Assembly (NCBI GenBank): GCA_964016885.1
Contig: OZ024745.1
Location: 32,488,001-32,552,000 of the forward strand
Direction of reading: 5' to 3'
Source: Eledone cirrhosa
Taxonomy: Eukaryota
Length of the DNA stretch: 64,000 bases
How positions within the stretch are numbered: the stretch's first letter is position 1; every line of letters starts with the position of its first letter. The position numbers were made by a program, and so were the translations under genes. This document shows positions 55,085 through 64,000 of this stretch, piece after piece. Under the pieces are notes generated by a model. It was not told the DNA's origin. It made no database searches and saw only the letters and a list, made by a program, of their open reading frames with translations.

Positions 55085-55990
55085 TGTATGCATGTGTGTG
55101 TGTATGTATGCATATGTATGTATATATTTATGTATGTAAACGTGTATGTATGAATCTAGATGCATGTGTGTGTGTATGTATGCATATGTATGTATATATG
55201 TATGTATGTAAACGTGTATGTATGAATCTAGATGCATGTGTGTGTGTATGTATGCATATGTATGTATATATGTATGTATGTAAACGTGTATGTATGAATC
55301 TAGATGCATGTGTGTGTGTATGTATGCATATGTATGTATATATGTATGTATGTAAACGTGTATGTATGAATCTAGATGCATGTGTGTGTGTATGTATGCA
55401 TATGTATGTATATATGTATGTATGTAAACGTGTATGTATGAATCTAGATGCATGTGTGTGTGTGTATGTATGCATATGTATGTATATATGTATGTATGTA
55501 AACGTGTATGTATGAATCTAGATGCATGTGTCTGTGTGTATGTATGCATATGTATGTATATATGTATGTATGTAAACGTGTATGTATGAATCTAGATGCA
55601 TGTGTGTGTGTGTATGTATGCATATGTATGTATATATGTATGTATGTAAACGTGTATGTATGAATCTAGATGCATGTGTCTGTGTGTATGTATGCATATG
55701 TATGTATATATGTATGTATGTAAACGTGTATGTATGAATCTAGATGCATGTGTGTGTGTGTATGTATGCATATGTATGTATATATGTATGTATGTAAACG
55801 TGTATGTATGAATCTAGATGCATGTGTGTGTGTATGTATGCATATGTATGTATATATGTATGTATGTAAACGTGTATGTATGAATCTAGATGCATGTGTG
55901 TGTGTATGTATGCATATGTATGTATATATGTATGTATGTAAACGTGTATGTATGAATCTAGATGCATGTGTGTGTGTGTATGTATGTATA
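55085..55990 (+). repeat. 72-74-bp minisatellite x~12 built from microsatellite sequence
   Basis: The anchor GTAAACGTGTATGTATGAATCTAGATGCAT recurs every 72-74 bp. Confidence 0.9.
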
Positions 55991-57090
55991 TGTATGTAGA
56001 CAGTGTTGTCTGTAAGAGGTAGTGTTAACCTGTAGTAAATATAATGTAATTACTAGAGATTTAAACGAACTGCTAATTTAATTGTAGGAATTTTAATCTC
56101 AACACAAGAGCGTTGCCTGCCCACTAAGAAATTAAAAGCAAATTATTTCATTTGGTGTTTTCAAACGAATCTCGGATATTTAACTCACACATACATACAC
56201 ACATGCACAGATACACACACATACATACACATACACACATAGACACACATACACACACAGGCACACATATACACACATACACACACATAGAACCACCACA
56301 TACACACACACACACATACACACACACATACACACATACACACACATACACACACATACACACACACACACACACACATAGGACCACCACCACACACACA
56401 CACAAACACACATACACACATAGACACACATACACACATACACACATACACACACATAGGACCACCACACACACACACACAAACACATACACACACATAC
56501 ACACATACACACACATACACACATAGACTCACATACACACACATACACATACATAGAACCACCACTACACACACACACACATACACATATACACATACAT
56601 ACACACATACACACATACACACACATACACGCACATACACACACATACACACACGCACACATAGAACCACCACACACACGCTTCCATATATACATACGCA
56701 CCTCTCACACACACACAAATACACGCACTTCACAATCGCATACATTCATACATACGCCCCCCCCCCCCCCCACACACACACATACATACATACTTGCACA
56801 CACATGACCCCTCCCCGAGCCACACACACGTGCATAAACATACATACACATTCACACAAAACCATACAACCACACACACACACACACACACACCTACACA
56901 TAAACGCACACACACAAGCACAAACACACACAATCACACACACAACCCCACAACCACACAAACACACGCCCACACACACACACGCCAACACATATATGCC
57001 CACATAACCACAAACACAATCACACCTACACACGCGCACCTCTACACATACACACAACCACAAACACACACAACCACACACAACCACATA

Positions 57091-57142
<52 letters not shown>

Positions 57143-57235
57143 CACACACCAACTCATATACACGTAACTATCGAAAGAAGGCGTACTTCAAACTCATAGA
57201 AAAGTGAAATGGGCGGATGAAGATGAAGACATTTC

Positions 57236-57285
<50 letters not shown>

Positions 57286-57529
57286 ATAATAATAGAAACT
57301 GAATGGACCTCCTTCGGTTTCGACGATGAGTGTTACAGTTGTTAAATCAACGGAACAGCCAACTCATGAAATTAATGTATACATGGCTGAGCGTTCCACA
57401 GAAACATGTACCCTTAAAGAAATTCTCAGGAAGATTCAGTGTGGCACAATGTGACAAGGCAGGCCCATTGAATTACAGGTACAACTGGAGCAACATGAAA
57501 TAAAGTTCACAGATCTCACAAGTCACTCA

Positions 57530-57850
57530 TCTGTCTCCATATTTCTTAAGAACCACCAGATGCTACTAGATTATGGTACCCTGTCAAAGGCCTTATCCAA
57601 ATCTACAAAAGCTAGGTATATCAGCTTGAACTTAGCTAATAACTTCTCTTGCAAATGTCTCATTAAGAAGAGGGCATCTGTGATGCTTATTCCTGACACA
57701 AAACCAAACTGCATCTCATCTAATTTGACTCTTTCCCTAATTAGTTGTGCTAACACTCTTTCTGTCACTTTCATAACTTGAGCCCTTAGTCTTATTCCTC
57801 CTATAGTTGCTCCTTTCTAGAGTATCACATTTTCCTTTGTAACAATTATT
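57530..57850 (-). pseudogene. RTE-clade LINE RT fragment
   Basis: MKVTERVL...DEMQFGFVSGISITDALFLMRHLQEK...AFVDLDKAFDRVP. Confidence 0.85.
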
Positions 57851-58135
57851 GATTATACTGTGCCACAAGTCATTGGGTTTGACTCAAACTATGTATTATC
57901 TGATTGACTACGGAGTGACTAGCCCGAGCCTCTATCTCAACGGGCTTCCATACAATTTCTGTCTACCCAGTTTCACTCAGAAGGCAATGATTGACCCAAG
58001 GCTACGGTAACTAACACCTTTCCAAGATGTCAACAGTAGTAGTAATAGGCGGTGAATTGATCGTTCTTATTTCTTGTAGCTCTCCACATTCCTGCTGAAA
58101 TCAACACTGCCTTCCATCTTTCTGTTGTTGATATT

Positions 58136-58196
<61 letters not shown>

Positions 58197-58289
58197 CACA
58201 CTCTCTCTCTCTCTCTCTCTTTTTCCTCTATTATATCTCTCTCGCCCCCCCCCCTCTCTCTCTCGCACACACACACTCTCTCTCTCTTC

Positions 58290-58333
<44 letters not shown>

Positions 58334-58719
58334 CAGCTACTTGTGAAGGGTCGTGGAAAACGAGGATTTCTTTTCCTCCAGATATGATGTGTTGAATGAA
58401 GAGCAAACAACTTCTAATAGATAAATTGATTTTCTGTTGAAATTGTCCTGCGATGGCATTTTACTCAATGTTCTAACAACTCTGCCAATTCACCGCTTTA
58501 CAACGAATGGTAAGAGTGAGCAGTGGAGTTTTTATGTGACTGCTTGAAGTGCTGAATATAGCCCCTAAATATCCTTAAAAAGACCCCCCCCCCCAAAAAA
58601 AAACAAAGATAACATTTGATAATACAATCCGAGAAAGACAAAGTCCGACAGAATCACTGAACAGTACATATGAATAGGTTTTATATGGTCAAGAATTGTA
58701 GGTTATAGGTGGCATACTT

Positions 58720-59045
58720 ACATCGTGTTCCCGTAACTCCTGAGGGTGTCGTTGGGGAGCTGTATTGACATACTGCGTTTCTTAGGCTATTTTTAATCGT
58801 GACGGAGTCCATCCCTCTCCAGGTCGGAATACAGCAGATTTCTTCCAGAGAAGGATAGAGAGAGTGAGAGAATGGAAGTGAGAAAGAATCGGCCCCAGTA
58901 CTTGACTGCTACTTTTTTATCGACCTCGAAAAGATAAAAGACAAAGTTGACCTCGGCGGGGTTTGAACTCGCAGAGCAGAGAGCCGAAACGAATACCGCA
59001 AAGCGTTCTATCCGACGATCTAACGACTCTGCCAATTTGCCGCCC
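58720..59045 (-). mobile_element. tRNA-derived SINE with extended tail
   Basis: Reverse complement: ggcggcaaattggcagagtcgttag...GAGTTCAAACCCCGCCGAGG...gtcgataaaaaagtagcagt...ctggaagaaatctgctg. Confidence 0.75.
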
Positions 59046-59789
59046 TATACTTACATATGCCTTGGCATACAATCGCCAGTTGTGTTTTAGCCCCAAGTCA
59101 GTTCTGGTCGAGAAGACCAATGATCAAAGATATTACATTCAGGACTGCCCCATCTAGAAATATATTATCCAGCTTCTACGTGGTCGAAATTACTATCAAA
59201 TCTCCATCAAATCACACTCCAACGTCTTGGAAAAGAAAAGACACACTGGAAAATAAAGTCTTAGGTCTACAAAAAGACGGTATCGTCACGCCTGGGCTGA
59301 AATGTTTTTGAACATAGCTCTCCCCAATTTGTGTCTTTGAAAATGCAAACATCTACATCTTTCTTTCCTTTCCCCTTTTTCTCATTCATTTCCCTTTCTT
59401 TTTTCAATTACTTTTCCTTTCTCTCTATTTTTCTATCACCCAATGCTCTCTCTTTCTCCCCTCCCCCCACCGTTACTCTTTCTTTCTCCTCCTCCCCACC
59501 CCTTTTCTCTTTCTTTTAATGTTCAAGCTATGTAAACTTTAGTATTTGATGATTCTGTATTTAGAAGTAAATGAAGGTTATCACAAACAAATCTGTACGT
59601 TCACTCCAAAATAAATATTAACAACTCCAACTTTGCGGTTGAATTCGTGATTCATTTAATGACTTTAATTTTAAATTGTATTAGATTTCTCCGTAACTTT
59701 GCCTAAATAAAATAGTCGAATAATGAGGCCATGTTGGAGAGGGACAAATGGAGATGTATAATTATCAACGTTGTCCGAGCAAACTCGAC

Positions 59790-60220
59790 ATGATGATGAT
59801 GGTGGTGGTGCTGGTGGTGGTAGTGGTGGTGGTGGGTGGTGGTGGTGGTGACAATGATTATGATGGTGATGATGATGATGATGGTGGTAGTGGTGGTGGT
59901 GGTGGTGGTGATGATGATGATGGTGGTGGTGTTGGTGGTGGTGGTGATGATGATGATGGTGGTGTTGGTGGTGGTGGTGATGATGATGATGGTGGTGGTG
60001 ATGATGATGATGGTGGTGGGTGTGGTGGTGGTGACAATGATTATGATGGTGATGATGATGAAGGTGGTGGTGATGATGATGATGATGAGGATGGTGGTGG
60101 TGGTAGTGGTGGTGATGATGAAGGTGGTGGTGGTGGTGGTGATGGTAGTGGTGATGCTGGTGGTGGTGGTGATGGTGGTGGTGGTGGTGATGATGATGGT
60201 GGTGGTGGTGGTAGTGGTGG

Positions 60221-60253
<33 letters not shown>

Positions 60254-60302
60254 TGATGCTGGTGGTGGTGGTGGTGGTGGTGATGGTGGTGGTGGTAGTG
60301 GT
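59790..60302 (+). repeat. (GGT/GAT)n trinucleotide tract
   Basis: Directly visible; open in several frames only because of its composition. Confidence 0.9.
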
Positions 60303-60904
60303 GTGTGTGGGGGGGATCATGGTAATGAAATGAAACATCGAAGCGAAGTCACTGTAAATATTCCGTAGAATCGAAGTTTGGTGAATAATTTGAAATGAAG
60401 TTTTATCATATCGTACCATATAAATGACAAGCTTGGTAATTATAGATTGCTGAGAAAGCTGCTGTTGAGAAAGTTGTTGATGTTGGCAATGGAAGCCATG
60501 TGAAGAAAGGTTGCGTGTGGTTTTCTTTTTTAAAATACCACTTCGGTTCTTTTAGTTTTTTTTTAGAAGGAACCTATTCGTTCCCGCGTCACCAATGTAA
60601 CGAAGGGTATTAGTAGTTGTTATTAGATGAAATAACAAGAATAGCTGATTTAATTTATATATAAAAAGGTTTACTTCACTTCAGTCAAAAATAAAAACAA
60701 ACAAGTAACCACGAGTCGCAAAGGTTGACGATGTTACTTTGTTGTTGGTTCATGAGGCTGGTGTAGTCTGAGACCAGGAGAGAGAAAGAGTAATGGTCTG
60801 TAGTTGACTGTAGACCTCAGCGGCCTGTAGTAGGCGATGAATCTTTCACATAGCTATACTATAACGTATGGCTCCGATCTCTCTGTCTCAGACGTGGGAT
60901 GATA

Positions 60905-61080
60905 CATGCTTTATATACCTGTCGCTTTCTGTCTATCGCCTCGAGGAATCGCGCATGCATGAACCTGTCCACGCCGGAAAGGATGGTGACCTAGAATTTG
61001 GCTTTTAGATGTCACCCAAGGTTCAAGGCGTGGACATATTTCGCTACATATACACATACATGAACACTCACGTGTGCCGA
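60905..61080 (-). promoter_or_regulatory. Possible Pol II promoter (TATA box with CpG-containing upstream region)
   Basis: TATATAAAG on the minus strand at ~60909-60917; upstream unique sequence is CpG-richer, with CCGGAA and CACGTG. Motif-level evidence only. Confidence 0.25.
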
Positions 61081-62629
61081 CTGTTTTTCTCTGTGACTTA
61101 ATTATACTTTTTCTTTTAATCTTGTATCTCGCTCGCTCTCTCACTCCCTTCATTCATTCTTGCCCTCTCTTTTTCTCGTACTGCCTTTCGTCTCTCTCCC
61201 TTGCTGTCTCTTCCCCACCCTTCTACTCTGAATCCTTATACAGTCTTCTTTTAGTTGATCTCTTTCAATTATTCCCTTTTCATTTCGATCCCACCCTAGT
61301 GTTTTTAATGTTCTCCATAACAGGTAAAGAATATCTTTTTTTTTTAAAACAAAAACTATCTATATTCTAAGTGAAATTTAAAATATTATAAATATCAAAA
61401 TATTAAATATTTTTCCACACCTGAGAATTTCCAAACCACGTCATAATATGTTGATTAGCTGCCTCGGCTTATAAACGGGGTTTGGATTTTTGCCCATTCC
61501 TGAGACATAGAATAGGGAAGGGGGGACTTATATTCGAATTGACTTATATTCGAACAAATACAATAATTCCTATACTAAAAGCGACGAAAAAAAATTTAGA
61601 TATTAGGAATTCAACCACAATCATTCTCTTTAACAAGGGAATAAAAAACTTTTAAACCATCAGATATAGTTACGATATGTAAATATTCGTTAGATAAAGT
61701 ATTTGATTAATATCAACTGAAGCTCCTTGATACAAACAAATGGAAGTTTACAGGGTGTTGTAAATAATCACTGAAATATATAACATTTGAATGTTAAGTA
61801 TTATATTCTGATGTTGATAATAGTAGACTCATCTCTACATTAACAATAATTATTGATTGGTAGAAGTGTGCCATCATGATAAATTTCCTTTGTGAAATAT
61901 ATATATTTTAATGTGATATATTTAAGAGATGACATAAATTAGATAAGAAGACAGATTTGATAATTCCTTTACAGTTTCGTATTGTTTCCTGTAAAAGTTT
62001 GAGTTATAGATTCGTATGTCCCAACAATGTTTCCAATTAATTCCGACTTAGAATTACATCCTTTTTTAACGTTGTGAAATTCCTCTTCTAGAACCATTTC
62101 CAATTCATACGTCTTCTCTTCTCATCACAACTATTTAGAATTAAATCTTAACCTCTCCGAAACCTCACCAAACTGTCCTAATGTTTCTTCCATGAAAACA
62201 CCTTAGTTATGACCATTTACGTTATGAGTTTATATCCCAGTCGCCGGAGCAACTTTGCCTTTCATCTTTCCGAGTCGATAAAAAGTACCAGTCAATTACA
62301 GGTGTCGATTTAATCGACTTTTCCCTCCTCTCAAATTGATGGCATTGCGTCTAAATTAGAAATCCTAATACATACATTTTTATTTGTCTTTACAGTTGAA
62401 TAACATTACAAATATATTTTCAATATATACATTAATAACATTACAAATGCGTAAATAACATTATAAATTGCTCGCAATTCATTCAGAAGAACATCACAAA
62501 TATAAAGTCTAAGCCGTGTATAAAAATATAATACAATTCATTGAACAATAATGATAAAAGAAAGAAAAAAAAAGGGGGGGGGGCAATCGACCGTCCTCAC
62601 ACCTTAGAGGTTAACTACATAATGGTTTC

Positions 62630-62760
62630 TGATTTATTTTATCGATCCCATAAGGATGAAAGGCAAAGCTAACCCCGGCGTGATTTGAACTCAGACCGTA
62701 AAGGGCCATAACTCTATGCTGCAAAGCATGGTGTCTGAAGCTCTGCCAATCCATCGCCCT
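62630..62760 (-). mobile_element. tRNA-derived SINE (another degenerate + copy at 62220-62360)
   Basis: ttttatcgatcccataaggatgaaaggcaaagctaaccccggcgtgatttgaactcag...ctgccaatcc. Confidence 0.75.
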
Positions 62761-63557
62761 TTAAATTAGAAATCCTAATTAGTTACAAATTGACTTGGTT
62801 ATTCCAGCGCCTTAGCCTCACTATCATCTGCAGCAATGCTTACCCCAAAATTATTAGAGACGAATCTCCAGTATCTCTTGTATCGTGTGGTTGAGTGGAT
62901 GGTCTTCTCCCTTTTTTATCTTCTGTTATTAATTTTCCTATTTCTTTCTTTTTTATATACACACATTTTGCTTGTTGAATACAGTTTATATAACGAATAA
63001 ATCTTGGTTATATAGGTGCCAGGTGACTTCTAAAATTACTTGATCACTCGTCTAAAATAGCCTCTATGTGATTATCAAAATTTCATTTCTCAATGTTCAG
63101 CTGTCATTTTTTATCGTTTTGTCTATAGTTTTGATGTGACATTACATAAAGCAGAAACCTCTTGAGAATTTAGTGTATGAGTCATTGAACTCTTCAACTG
63201 TATTCAATTATGCTTATTTCAAATTAAAATTCCTCTTCCAACTTGAAGCAAATAACATCATACTCCATCATCTTATTAACAAATCGATCGTTTTAACTTT
63301 AAAACTAAAGCCAATAGATAAAATTCTTCTCGTTAAATCATGCATAACTTATTCCCTAACCAGAGAGCCTTGTTATCGTGGCCACTTCATCAACAATTCT
63401 AGGTTGAAATTTTTCTTATCTGAAATATACCATATGAAGCTGAAACTTCGAAATCAATGCAACTTTTCTGTTTAGGAAATAAATTTCTACGCTCTACTCA
63501 CCAGTATTAAGTGATCATTCAGTTAATGTTTCAATGTTTTAAATACTACGGTATTTT

Positions 63558-63629
<72 letters not shown>

Positions 63630-64000
63630 AGACGTTTTCATGGGAATGTTCTAACAAATATTTTTTGTGTTGATATGTATGTATGGATTTAATAACTAAG
63701 TATTCTTTATATTTATGACGGGACAGTCATTCCTAAAGATGGTATTGTACAATATTCTTTTAACAACAACACCATGCTGCATTAAGAGACAGTACAGTCA
63801 CCTTTGGGAAGCTACTGATCGCACGTCAGATATCTTTAAAAGAAATGTGACAATTGACATTTTCAGATGCATCTTGAGGCTTTAAGAGTTTCTTTCGTTC
63901 AAAAGGTATGTTGTAGCTACCTCCTGCTCTTGGATTACATAAGTATAGTCTTCGGCAATATCCTTTTTATCGTTTACCGAGTGTTTTTATTCTATGTCTT

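Noticed and set aside
59703-60419. Gly/Asp-rich or Thr/Ile-rich protein ORFs
   Set aside because: A (GGT/GAT)n trinucleotide tract is open in several frames on both strands; no independent coding evidence.

Overview
Eukaryotic, AT-rich, microsatellite-saturated intergenic/intronic DNA. The SINE repertoire suggests a cephalopod (Octopus-like) genome, which is an inference. No host protein-coding gene is clearly recognisable, and nearly all listed ORFs are simple-repeat artefacts. The real coding remnants are all transposon-derived: a Penelope-like element (RT + GIY-YIG, ~5.5-7.4 kb, -), a decayed Tx1/L1-clade LINE (31.5-34.6 kb, -), RTE-clade LINE pieces and short non-autonomous derivatives, and a CRE-like and a pogo/Tigger fragment. 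There are also about 20 tRNA-derived SINE copies, Helitron-like repeats and MITEs, and four tandem arrays (39, 21/38, 63 and 72-74 bp units). The main hidden signal is non-coding. At least five well-formed minimal type-I hammerhead ribozymes (three from one family, with compensatory stem II changes) and several degenerate ones sit in short elements that end in (TA)n. A recurring class of fold-back palindromes has arms carrying the GAAA-half of such ribozymes. Together these point to a microsatellite-targeting, ribozyme-bearing, non-autonomous Penelope-type system that integrates by fold-back. Other retroelement classes partition other microsatellites: Tx1 in (GATA)n and RTE in (TATG)n.
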